Assembly: GCA_036986175.1 (NCBI GenBank)
Contig: BTRB01000001.1
Location: forward strand, 1-50,819
DNA from: Gammaproteobacteria bacterium
Lineage (GTDB): Bacteria; Pseudomonadota; Gammaproteobacteria; Xanthomonadales; SZUA-36
Direction: 5' to 3'
Length of the DNA stretch: 50,819 bases
How positions within the stretch are numbered: the stretch's first letter is position 1; every line of letters begins with the position of its first letter. Below, piece after piece: positions 32,057-40,625 of the stretch. The notes under the pieces are model-generated. The model was not told the origin of the DNA, did no database searches, and was given only the letters and a program-made list of their open reading frames with translations. The translations under genes and the position numbers were made by a program.

Positions 32057-33202
32057 CTAAAGGTCTTTCTCATACATCCGATAGCGTTTTGAAATTTCGC
32101 CACCGATGCTTTCAATAATATTCCTGGTGGCCTGGTTATGATCCAGTACCCAGGACATTTCAGCGCGCTCGAGTCCTTTGGCCGTACCGGCATCCATTGC
32201 ATTCTTGATGACCATGTAAGCAAGTGCCGGCCCAAAACGCGTGTTCTGGTACTTTTGCCTGACACCCATCAGGGCTACCCTGGCTGATTTTGGAAATTTT
32301 ATTTTCAGACGCCATAGCAGCCTGGCCCAACCGAATGGTAACAGGCGTCCGTTGAGGTCTGCGATGGCTTCGTTAATATTGGGGATCAACACAACAAAGG
32401 CGACAGCTTCACCATCGAGCTCAGCGATCTGAATAAACTCATCGGGTAACAGCATCATCAGCTCCTTGCCAATCGCTGCAAACTCTGCGCGCGTAAACGG
32501 TACAAAATTCCAGTTGTTTTCCCACGCGTCGTTGAAAATACTGCGCATGACTTCCAGTTCGGCTTTTTTTTGTTTGCGCTGCAAAGGTCTGACGTTGACG
32601 CGGTCGGCACTTCTCTTTAGCAATGCTTGCATTACCCTGGGAATAGTAAGGGTCGTAGAGTCCAGTTCATAGGCGAGCAGGTCCTGTGACGGTTGATACC
32701 CACACTGCTCAATAGCTTTACCGTAATAAGGTAGTGAATGCGGTGTCATGACATAAGGTGGGGAATCAAACCCTTCGATCAGAATGCCGATCTCCTGGTT
32801 AATGCTAAGGTTGAACGGGCCAACAACCTGACGCATACCCCGGTCCCGCAGCCAGCTTTCAGCGGCATTAAACAGGGCTTTGAAAACCTCATTGTCATCG
32901 GTTGCTTCAAGCATGCCGAAAAAACCGGTTTTGCTGTCGTACTGTTGTTGATGCAGTTCATCGACCTGCGCAGAAATACGCCCGACAGGCTTGCCATCCC
33001 GCCAGGCAACCCAGGCCTGCCATTCGGCGTGTTCGAAATAGGGATGCTTGCTTGAGAAAGCTTCTTTGCGCTCGGCGATCAGTGGCGGGACCCAGTTAGG
33101 ATCATTTTGGTAAAGTTCCCAGGGAACCCGGATAAAGGTATCCATTGCTTTCTTCCCGGAAACCTCGGTGATTTTCACAGCCGTATCAAGATGGTTATTC
33201 AC
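32057..33202 (-). CDS. Large GNAT-like N-acyltransferase (candidate bacterial ceramide synthase, speculative)
   Basis: 381-aa soluble ORF. The N-terminal block FIRVPWELYQNDPNWVPPLIAERKEAF...WVAWRDGKPVGRISAQVD matches a widespread ~380-aa acyl-CoA N-acyltransferase-like family as I recall it. It lies 26 nt after the GT and 12 nt before the NTP-transferase gene. Confidence 0.4.
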   Translation of the reverse strand: MNNHLDTAVKITEVSGKKAMDTFIRVPWELYQNDPNWVPPLIAERKEAFSSKHPYFEHAEWQAWVAWRDGKPVGRISAQVDELHQQQYDSKTGFFGMLEATDDNEVFKALFNAAESWLRDRGMRQVVGPFNLSINQEIGILIEGFDSPPYVMTPHSLPYYGKAIEQCGYQPSQDLLAYELDSTTLTIPRVMQALLKRSADRVNVRPLQRKQKKAELEVMRSIFNDAWENNWNFVPFTRAEFAAIGKELMMLLPDEFIQIAELDGEAVAFVVLIPNINEAIADLNGRLLPFGWARLLWRLKIKFPKSARVALMGVRQKYQNTRFGPALAYMVIKNAMDAGTAKGLERAEMSWVLDHNQATRNIIESIGGEISKRYRMYEKDL

Positions 33203-33228
33203 TAATATTTTCCCGTGTGGTTTTGCAA

Positions 33229-35679
33229 TTATTTGCTTGTCAGTCGGATCGCAGAAAATACGCCGAGATAGCGTTTGGTAATGCTTTTCCAGTCCATTTC
33301 GGAGACAAATTCCAGTGCAGCGGCGGATAATCGATCACGGTGTTCCCTGGATTCCGCCAGGTCAATGATTTCATTCAGCATGTTAACCCAGTCATTACTG
33401 ATGATTGCTTCACGCTGATTGACAACTGGAATACCCTCCATGCCTTTGGAGGTACTGACGACGGGTAAGCCAGCAGCAAAACAATCGATAATTTTCAACC
33501 TGGTACCTCCACCGTCACGTAACGGAATGACTGCCATATCACAGGCTTTCAACCAGGGACCAACCTCTTCAACGCTGCCGGTGAAGTGAATGTTGGGATG
33601 CAGGCCGTCAGCGGGCGGATTGCGGCCTATCGCGATGACGTGGAACGGCAGATTAGCACTTTCGAGTTGCGGCAGCAGTGTTTCTGCGAATACCTTTAGT
33701 GCATCGCGGTTAGGCGGGTAGGAAAATGTACCATGGAAAGCCATCAGCACGGCATTATCCGGCAGTCCGAATTCTTCTCTGAGGCCGTCTTTTGCAGGCA
33801 GGGTGTAAGGCACAGGATCAAAGCCGTGAGGTATGGTGTTCAGCAATTCCGGCTTGACACCGTCGTTGAGCAGTTGCTGGCGGTCGTTGTCCGACACACA
33901 GATGACGGCGTCGGAACGATTGCACAGATCAATTTCAATAGCTTGAAAATTTCGAAACTGCGCATTGGTCAGTTCGGCCACCTGTGCCTTGAGCCGCGTG
34001 TATTCGACATTGTGCTCCACCAGCACCACCGCAGCATTCAGAATCTCCCTCGCCTCAATACAGGGCTTTGCATAGGCGGGAAATTCAGCCTGCAAGATAC
34101 CGGCGTTCAGCTTCCTGCCAGCGTACAGGCAATGCCAGAAGAAACTGTTATCGGTCAGGGGCAGGTAAAGAAAAGCATTGCTTTCCGGTAATTCCTTACT
34201 TAAATGCAGACTGTGGGTCAGCGAACGCGGCAGGCTTAACAGGCGCAACCAGAAAGGTAGCCGGCAGCGTTGTTTTTGGCCGTCTTCGAACAACCACCAG
34301 TGTTTCCGGTCATCGCTGACGATACCAACTTTACGGCCGTGCTGTGATAGCGCCCGGGCGGTTTCAATGATCTTGACTGCAGCACCATGGTCGTCAGGAA
34401 ACAGGTCGCTGCGGGTAATGATCAGGACATTGTCACCGGGCCGGGAGTGAAAAATCCGGCTGAGGCAGAGACGCCTGAGTAGCCTGGCCTGCCGTTTCAG
34501 CCGTTTTGGCCAGGGTGGTTTAACAAGAACCACTGGCGCAGGCTGCTGTAGTATTGCGGGCAATTGGGGGGCTTTTGCCGGTAGTTCAAGCCAGTCAAGT
34601 AGTGGTGCGGCCGCGATATCGGGGTTCAGCGCCTCTTCTACCAGGCGAATTGCATTTTCTGAACGGCTTTTCCATTCCCCGGGCATCGTCATGATGCTGC
34701 GCAACAAATCGGTAAGCTCTTCCGGTCCGCGGACAGTCCAGCCAGCCTTATATTGTTTAACCAGTCCGGCAATTGGCAGGTAATCATTGCATATCAACGG
34801 TAAACCATGGCGCAGAAACTCCAGTGAACGGAAAGACTGGCTGTATTTCCTTTCTATATTCCAATGTGCAACTTCAAGGCCAATATGGGCAGATTCCAGC
34901 AAAAAGCGGCTGAAAAGGGAATAGGCTGCAAGCCCCTGGGTTTGATTGCCTGGTGCCGTCTTCCACAGGTTTTCCTGTTGCAGCTCATTTGGTTGGGAAG
35001 CGTCTTCATGCCAGCGATATTGCCCGCCAAACAGTACCAGGCGGGGCGCTTCCGAAGCCAGATCCTGTTGCATGGAATGGATGGCCTGCCAATATTCATC
35101 AGATTTTCGCCATGGCCAGCTGACGCCACCGCTGACCAGGGTCCAGCCATCGGATTCCGGGTCAGACTCAGGTTTGCCGGCGGGCTTTGCGGCTAAAGGC
35201 ACGACCAGTACAGGTTCACATCCGCGCAAGTCAAAGCCTGCCTGCAGCAGGGTAAACCAGAGCAGGTCTCTTTGCACCTCGTTGCCGGTCAGCAGTAAAT
35301 CGCACTTTGACAGGTTATTCTGCAATCGTTGCAGTTCTGAACGGACTTGCTCCGGATGCTCATAAAGGGCTTCCAACGGCCTGGGTGCAACAAAATCAAC
35401 GATTACCGGTTGTGGCAATTCAAACGGGAGTAATTCCAGCAGTTCCCAATATGCAACCAGGATGGCGTCCGGACGTTGCCTGGTAATTATTGCCTGTAAC
35501 TCATCCCGGTTGCGAAAGGCATCTTTGTGCGGGCTGTGTTGCGTATCCGGCCACGTTTGCGATAGTGTATGCCCCCCACGGCGCAGCGCGCCATCAAGCT
35601 GGGCAGTGCGAATGGCATTGCCGGTTGCGACTGCGTTTGGCGTTAGCGGCGGCTCCTGTGTGATCAGAAGTATCAGCAT
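33229..35679 (-). CDS. Two-domain glycosyltransferase (C-terminal GT4/GT-B)
   Basis: 816-aa ORF. The C-terminal half has GT4 features (NVLIITRSDLFPDDHGAAVKIIETARAL, GGGTRLKIIDCFAAGLPVVSTSKGMEGI). The N-terminal ~400 aa is GT-B-like but unassigned. Confidence 0.7.
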   Translation of the reverse strand: MLILLITQEPPLTPNAVATGNAIRTAQLDGALRRGGHTLSQTWPDTQHSPHKDAFRNRDELQAIITRQRPDAILVAYWELLELLPFELPQPVIVDFVAPRPLEALYEHPEQVRSELQRLQNNLSKCDLLLTGNEVQRDLLWFTLLQAGFDLRGCEPVLVVPLAAKPAGKPESDPESDGWTLVSGGVSWPWRKSDEYWQAIHSMQQDLASEAPRLVLFGGQYRWHEDASQPNELQQENLWKTAPGNQTQGLAAYSLFSRFLLESAHIGLEVAHWNIERKYSQSFRSLEFLRHGLPLICNDYLPIAGLVKQYKAGWTVRGPEELTDLLRSIMTMPGEWKSRSENAIRLVEEALNPDIAAAPLLDWLELPAKAPQLPAILQQPAPVVLVKPPWPKRLKRQARLLRRLCLSRIFHSRPGDNVLIITRSDLFPDDHGAAVKIIETARALSQHGRKVGIVSDDRKHWWLFEDGQKQRCRLPFWLRLLSLPRSLTHSLHLSKELPESNAFLYLPLTDNSFFWHCLYAGRKLNAGILQAEFPAYAKPCIEAREILNAAVVLVEHNVEYTRLKAQVAELTNAQFRNFQAIEIDLCNRSDAVICVSDNDRQQLLNDGVKPELLNTIPHGFDPVPYTLPAKDGLREEFGLPDNAVLMAFHGTFSYPPNRDALKVFAETLLPQLESANLPFHVIAIGRNPPADGLHPNIHFTGSVEEVGPWLKACDMAVIPLRDGGGTRLKIIDCFAAGLPVVSTSKGMEGIPVVNQREAIISNDWVNMLNEIIDLAESREHRDRLSAAALEFVSEMDWKSITKRYLGVFSAIRLTSK

Positions 35680-35685
35680 GCTGGC

Positions 35686-35704
35686 AAGTGTTAACAGGCC
35701 CTAA
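35686..35704 (+). repeat. 19-nt exact repeat AAGTGTTAACAGGCCCTAA, copy 2
   Basis: It is identical to 19503-19521. It fills almost the whole 21-nt spacer between the mgtE stop and the ATG of the 816-aa GT (35679). The mgtE stop (CTA at 35701-35703, TAG on the minus strand) lies inside the repeat. Confidence 0.9.
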
Positions 35705-37077
35705 TTCGCGAGCAGCAAATAGCTGGCCAGCCCGATGAAGGCCAGGATGCCAATAACATCGGTCACGGTGGTCAATACAACACCACCTGCGAGCGCTGGA
35801 TCTATTGACATACGTTTCAGAATAACCGGGATCAAGGCCCCCGCCAGGGCACCGACTACCAGGTTTACAATGATCGCGATGCCCATAACCAGTCCCAGCC
35901 CCGGGTTTCCATACCAAAGGTAGGCGATGGCCGCTACCACTATAGAAAACACGATGCCATTGAGTATGCCTACCGCCAGTTCCTTACGCAGAATATCCCT
36001 GGAGTTGCGGGGATTGACTTGTCCGGTGGCCATACCCCGGATCACCAATGTCAGTGTTTGGGTACCAGCGATACCGCCCATGCTCATGACCACCGGAAAC
36101 AAAACGGCGAGTTCCACCAACTGATCCAATGTTGGTTCGAAAGCGTACAGGACAGAGGCAGCCAGCAGCGCCGTAATCAGGTTCACACCCAACCAGACCC
36201 AACGCTTGCGCGCGGATTGCACAACAGGTGCAAACATGTCATCTTCTTCATCCAGGCCGGCAGCGGTCAGGACCATGTGGTCGCTGTCTTCACGAATAAC
36301 GTCAACCACATCATCGATTGTGATCCGGCCAAGCAGGTATCCATCCTGGTCGGTCACCGGTGCTGATACGAGGTCATGATGTTCAAACTCAATGGCTACC
36401 TGATGGTCAGGCATATTCACCGGGATGGCGTTGGTCGAGGTATCGATTAACTCTGCTACCGGGCTGGCAGGATCTTTGGTCAAGACATCAGCAAGCCTCA
36501 ACTGACCCAGGTATTTCCCGGTACGATTGACAACGAACAACTGATCAAAGACCTTGGGCAGATCGGCCCTGAGCCGCAAATAGCGTAAAACCACGTCCAG
36601 GCTGACATCCGGGCGCACCGTCACAACATCGGGGTTCATCAGCCCACCGGCTGAATCCTCCGGGTAGGACATGACCTGTGCCAACCGTTCACGGTCCTGG
36701 CGGTCCATGGCGTGCAGGACTTCGGTGATGACGTCGTCCGGCAGATCGTTGAGGATATCCGCAAGGTCATCAATATCCAGCTCACCCACTGCCTGTACAA
36801 GGTCGGTCGGTGAGCTGTCACGAATGAGGCCGGCACGCACTTCATCGTTTACTTCTACCAATACCTCGCCGTCAAGATCGGTGTCTACCAGTTCCCATAC
36901 AACCTGGCGCTTGGCCTGTGGCAAAGACTCGAGCAAATCACCGATTTCAGCGCCATTGAGGCTGTTGATCAGTTGCTTGACCTGTGACTGAACACCGCTG
37001 TCCAGCGCTTCAGATAAGCGGTCGAGTTGACGGGCAGTTTTTTTTTCGTGCTGCTGTTCCCGCATCGTTTTCGTCAA
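35701..37077 (-). CDS. mgtE: Magnesium transporter MgtE
   Basis: It has the MgtE N-domain, a CBS pair and a TM domain with DPALAGGVVLTTVTDVIGILAFIGLA. The ORF-track start is TTG 37077; ATG 37065 (MREQQHE) is an alternative. Confidence 0.9.
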   Translation of the reverse strand: MTKTMREQQHEKKTARQLDRLSEALDSGVQSQVKQLINSLNGAEIGDLLESLPQAKRQVVWELVDTDLDGEVLVEVNDEVRAGLIRDSSPTDLVQAVGELDIDDLADILNDLPDDVITEVLHAMDRQDRERLAQVMSYPEDSAGGLMNPDVVTVRPDVSLDVVLRYLRLRADLPKVFDQLFVVNRTGKYLGQLRLADVLTKDPASPVAELIDTSTNAIPVNMPDHQVAIEFEHHDLVSAPVTDQDGYLLGRITIDDVVDVIREDSDHMVLTAAGLDEEDDMFAPVVQSARKRWVWLGVNLITALLAASVLYAFEPTLDQLVELAVLFPVVMSMGGIAGTQTLTLVIRGMATGQVNPRNSRDILRKELAVGILNGIVFSIVVAAIAYLWYGNPGLGLVMGIAIIVNLVVGALAGALIPVILKRMSIDPALAGGVVLTTVTDVIGILAFIGLASYLLLAN

Positions 37078-37133
37078 CCTTCTGATGGGATTGGAGGGTG
37101 GCCTTTAAAAAGGCCCGGGTAAACTGGTGCTCT

Positions 37134-37139
37134 ATTATA
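37134..37139 (-). promoter_or_regulatory. Candidate sigma70 -10 box (TATAAT) for mgtE
   Basis: On the minus strand there is a perfect TATAAT about 55 nt upstream of the mgtE start, with TTAGGA 17 nt further upstream as a poor -35. A small hairpin GGCCTT-TTTA-AAGGCC (minus-strand reading; plus-strand 37101-37116) lies in the putative leader. Confidence 0.3.
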
Positions 37140-37179
37140 AAGAGTCCGGGGAGAATTCCTAAGGAACTCTGTTCCTGCT

Positions 37180-38085
37180 TTACGGGGTTGGCAGAGCACT
37201 GGCGTTCCAGGAAGGTGCTTCACGATGATGAACCAGTACGTTTTCATGGTCAACACAAAGGGAGGCCGCCAGCTTTTCTGTAAGGTAGACGGAGCGGTGT
37301 TTCCCCCCCGTACAGCCTATGCCGATGGTGACATAACTGCGTTGCGCATCCTGAAATGCGGGTAGCCAGTGGTGCATAAACGCCTGGATATCCTTTGTCA
37401 TACTGACGACTGCCGGGTTGCTTTCGAGCCATTGCCGGACAGCCTCGTCCTTGCCGGTTAGTGGCCTGAGGTCTTTCTCCCAGTAAGGGTTGGGAAGGAT
37501 CCGTGCGTCAAACATAAAATCCACGTCCTGCGGTACACCTCGCTTGAACGCAAATGATTGCAGCACAATGGTCATACCGCTCGCGCGGCTGTCTACGCAG
37601 CTCCAAACCTGGCGTCTGAGTTGATGAATGTTGCTATTGCTGCTTTCAATAACCTGGTCTGCATAACGCCGCAATGGCTCCAGTAGTTCTTTCTCTGTTT
37701 CTATTGCTTCAGGCAGAACCTGGTCCCGACGGGTAAGCGGATGACGCCGGCGTGTTTCGCTGAAACGTTTGATCAGGACCGGCTTGTCTGCCGTGACAAA
37801 AATAAGTTTGCAATTAAAATTGTTAGCCCGCAGCCACTCTATCCAGTCGATCACCACCTGCAGGTCGGATTCACGTGAGCGGGCGTCGATACCCAGGGCA
37901 ACTTTCTTGTACAACTCCGGGTTGGCAGAAATATGCGGCCCAAAATCAGGCAACATGGCAGCAGGGAGGTTGTCAATGCAGTAATAACCGAGGTCTTCAA
38001 GGGCATTGAGGGCGGTAGACTTGCCGCCACCGGAAAGGCCACTGACGATCACGACATCCTGTACGGGCTTATCTTTACTGCCCAT
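37180..38085 (-). CDS. rapZ: RNase adapter protein RapZ (YhbJ)
   Basis: It has Walker A VSGLSGGGKSTALNALEDLGYYCIDNLP and the C-terminal block GCTGGKHRSV. It follows ptsN as in E. coli. Confidence 0.9.
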   Translation of the reverse strand: MGSKDKPVQDVVIVSGLSGGGKSTALNALEDLGYYCIDNLPAAMLPDFGPHISANPELYKKVALGIDARSRESDLQVVIDWIEWLRANNFNCKLIFVTADKPVLIKRFSETRRRHPLTRRDQVLPEAIETEKELLEPLRRYADQVIESSNSNIHQLRRQVWSCVDSRASGMTIVLQSFAFKRGVPQDVDFMFDARILPNPYWEKDLRPLTGKDEAVRQWLESNPAVVSMTKDIQAFMHHWLPAFQDAQRSYVTIGIGCTGGKHRSVYLTEKLAASLCVDHENVLVHHREAPSWNASALPTP

Positions 38086-38096
38086 AATTCAATGCC

Positions 38097-38552
38097 TCAT
38101 GGATGAGGACTGGAAAGCAACTGCCAGATCTCATTGGCGTCCTCAGCGCTGCGAATCTGTTCCAGCAATTCCTGGTCACTGAAGCGCTCAGCTATGCTTG
38201 CAAGCAATTTTGTATGATCTTCAGTACAGTTTTTCGGAACGGTGAGTGCAAACAGCAAATCTACCGGGTTGCCATCTTCGGCATCGAAGGGCAGGGGTTT
38301 TGGCAGTCGCAAAAAAAGTGCTTCCACCCCATCTGTGCCACTGACGCGCCCATGTGGAATTGCAACGCCATGGCCAAGACCTGTACTGCCAAGATGCTCC
38401 CTGGCGCACAGGCTTTCAAAGATTTCCCTTGCACTCAGGTCCTTGTTTTTTTTAGCCAGTGTTATGCTGATCAGCTCAAGTAACCGCTTCTTGCTTTTAA
38501 TCCTGACGCCGGCAAGAATGCGGTCTGGGCTTAGTAAGTCACTATCAAGCAT
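38097..38552 (-). CDS. ptsN: Nitrogen-regulatory PTS protein IIA-Ntr (PtsN)
   Basis: 151-aa ORF with the phosphorylatable-His context GLGHGVAIPHGR. It sits in the rpoN-hpf-ptsN order. Confidence 0.9.
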   Translation of the reverse strand: MLDSDLLSPDRILAGVRIKSKKRLLELISITLAKKNKDLSAREIFESLCAREHLGSTGLGHGVAIPHGRVSGTDGVEALFLRLPKPLPFDAEDGNPVDLLFALTVPKNCTEDHTKLLASIAERFSDQELLEQIRSAEDANEIWQLLSSPHP

Positions 38553-38582
38553 GGCAGGTCGTCAATATCCGGGTAGCAGGTG

Positions 38583-38915
38583 TCAGTATTCGCCGCCCGG
38601 TACGATTTGATCGGGCCTGGAATGGTGATGGCTGGTGATACGGTCTTTGTAATGCCGGACCTGGCGGTCCAGTTTGTCTACCAGGCCGTCGATAGAGGCA
38701 TACATGTCCATTGCGCTTTCGGTCGCGAACAGCGTGCGTCCACTGGTTTTTACTGTGGCTTCAGCCTGTTGTTGCAGTTTTTCAACATTCAAAATGACAT
38801 GGATAGAGTTCACGCGGTCAAAGTGACGAGCCAGCTTTTGCATTTTTTCGGTAACGTATGCACGCAGTGCGGGTGTTACTTCAACGTGATGACCGGTAAT
38901 ATTGATCTGCATCAA
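38583..38915 (-). CDS. hpf: Ribosome hibernation promoting factor HPF
   Basis: The ORF starts MMQINITGHHVEVTPALRAYVTEKMQKL with AAGGAG upstream. It lies downstream of rpoN. Confidence 0.9.
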   Translation of the reverse strand: MMQINITGHHVEVTPALRAYVTEKMQKLARHFDRVNSIHVILNVEKLQQQAEATVKTSGRTLFATESAMDMYASIDGLVDKLDRQVRHYKDRITSHHHSRPDQIVPGGEY

Positions 38916-39122
38916 TTATCTCCTTGTATAGGTATCGCTTACTACTGAATATAAGGCTGATGTGACTTACATCAATGGGTTTGGGGTAGGCTTTGGTGTT
39001 GATAAATGAACCTGATATATGCATTGATTTCCATACCTGTTACGGGTGATGTGTTTACCGGTAACACTCACAGTTTATACTTCAAGCTATGAATTTTCTA
39101 TCACCTTGAAGGAGTACGGACA

Positions 39123-40601
39123 CTAAAACTCAACGTTTCTTCGATACGCTCGTCGACGTTCGCTGGATGAGCCCAGCCCCAGGGATTCACGGTATTTTGC
39201 AACCGTGCGCCGGGCTGCAAGAATCCCGGTCTCACGCAAAAGTTCAGAAATTTCCTGATCGCTCAAAGGTTGTTTCTGTGGTTCGTTTTCAATCAGTATC
39301 TGGATCCGGGCTTTGGTGGCGGTGGCGCTCACCTGGCCGCCGCCGATGGTCCGAACGTGACTGGAGAAGAAATATTTCAGTTCAAAAATACCTCTTGGAG
39401 TCAGCATATACTTGCGTGTGGTGGCCCTGGATACAGTTGACTCGTGTACACCGACACGTTTGGCTACATATTTGAGTATCAGCGGTTTCATTGCGATTTC
39501 ACCGTCAGCCAGAAAGCCCTTCTGGGCGTCAACGATGCACTGGGATACTTTCAATAGCGTACGGTTGCGTAGTTCCAGGCTGGAGAGCAACCAGCGTGCT
39601 TCCTGCAAACGCCCACGCAGATATTCGGCGTCTTTACCGCCTGATTTACGTAGCAGGGACACATAGTATTTGTTCAGGCACAGACTCGGGTTGTTGTCCG
39701 GACTCAGCGTGGTCACCCATTCGTCACCGTCCAGGCGAACATAAACATCGGGTAACAGGTATTCATCCTGACGATTGTCGAAGCGGGCTCCCGGCCGTGG
39801 CTCGAGCCCACGGATCAGTTCCAGTGCCTGTTTGAGATTTTCCGAAGAAGCCTTGGTTTCCCGCAACATTTCCTCGTAGGCGTTGGCTGCGACCAGGTCA
39901 AGGAAATCCCTCGCAAGCCTCAGGGCCAGGTCACTCCCGGGGGTACCGGAGGGCTGGGCCAACAACTGGATCACGATACACTCGCCAGTGTCGCGGCTGG
40001 CAACGCCTACCGGTTCCAGGCGTTGCACCCGGTGTAGTACGGCGAGGACTTCGTCGTCTTCAGCCAGCACTTCCGGTAACAGGCTCATGCGGATTTCCTG
40101 GATGTTGTCGATCAGGAAACCATCATCATCAAGTGCATACACAATGGCCGTGGCGATGGCCGCATCCACTTCGCTGAAGTGGGCAAGGCGGATTTGTGCC
40201 AGCAAATGTTCACGCAACGAAGCAGAACTGGTATCAACAATCTGGCGCTCGGAATAGTCATTGGTCCAGGCGGAATTATCTGACCATTGCTCCAGCCCCG
40301 CATCCGCTTGCCACTGGTCGGACTCGTAGTCATCGGTTTGGTAATTCTGATCATCCTGGGCGCGATGCTCTTCGGATTTTCGGGTTTCGGCCATCTCGCT
40401 TTCAAGGGATACATCTGAGCGCTCCCGTTCGCTCTGGTTGGCGTCCTCCTGGTGATCAAGTAAGGGATTTTCATCGACCAGTTCCTGGATATAGTCACGT
40501 AACTCGATACGATTGAGTTGCAACAAGCGAATAGCCTGCTGCAACTGCGGTGCCAGCGCCAGTTTTTGCGTTAGCCTCAGTTGCAGTGAAGGATTTGCCA
40601 T
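39123..40601 (-). CDS. rpoN: RNA polymerase sigma-54 factor RpoN
   Basis: 492-aa ORF. The Gln/Leu-rich region I is LRLTQKLALAPQLQQAIRLLQL. An acidic region II follows. The HTH is ESTVSRATTRKYM and the RpoN box is ARRTVAKYRE. Confidence 0.95.
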   Translation of the reverse strand: MANPSLQLRLTQKLALAPQLQQAIRLLQLNRIELRDYIQELVDENPLLDHQEDANQSERERSDVSLESEMAETRKSEEHRAQDDQNYQTDDYESDQWQADAGLEQWSDNSAWTNDYSERQIVDTSSASLREHLLAQIRLAHFSEVDAAIATAIVYALDDDGFLIDNIQEIRMSLLPEVLAEDDEVLAVLHRVQRLEPVGVASRDTGECIVIQLLAQPSGTPGSDLALRLARDFLDLVAANAYEEMLRETKASSENLKQALELIRGLEPRPGARFDNRQDEYLLPDVYVRLDGDEWVTTLSPDNNPSLCLNKYYVSLLRKSGGKDAEYLRGRLQEARWLLSSLELRNRTLLKVSQCIVDAQKGFLADGEIAMKPLILKYVAKRVGVHESTVSRATTRKYMLTPRGIFELKYFFSSHVRTIGGGQVSATATKARIQILIENEPQKQPLSDQEISELLRETGILAARRTVAKYRESLGLGSSSERRRAYRRNVEF

Positions 40602-40625
40602 TGCTATCGCTTGCAGGCCCTGTAG

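Noticed and set aside
16372-35704. The lipid block as a horizontally acquired genomic island.
   Set aside because: I found no integrase, transposase, tRNA anchor or obvious compositional break apart from the AT-rich leader. Essential lptFG lie inside the block. The 19-nt direct repeats do not enclose the whole functional unit. I kept only the repeat itself as a finding.
37078-37179. M-box (ykoK) magnesium riboswitch upstream of mgtE.
   Set aside because: Only about 100 nt separate rapZ and mgtE, which is too short for the ~170-nt M-box. I see only one 6-bp hairpin and none of the multi-helix architecture.
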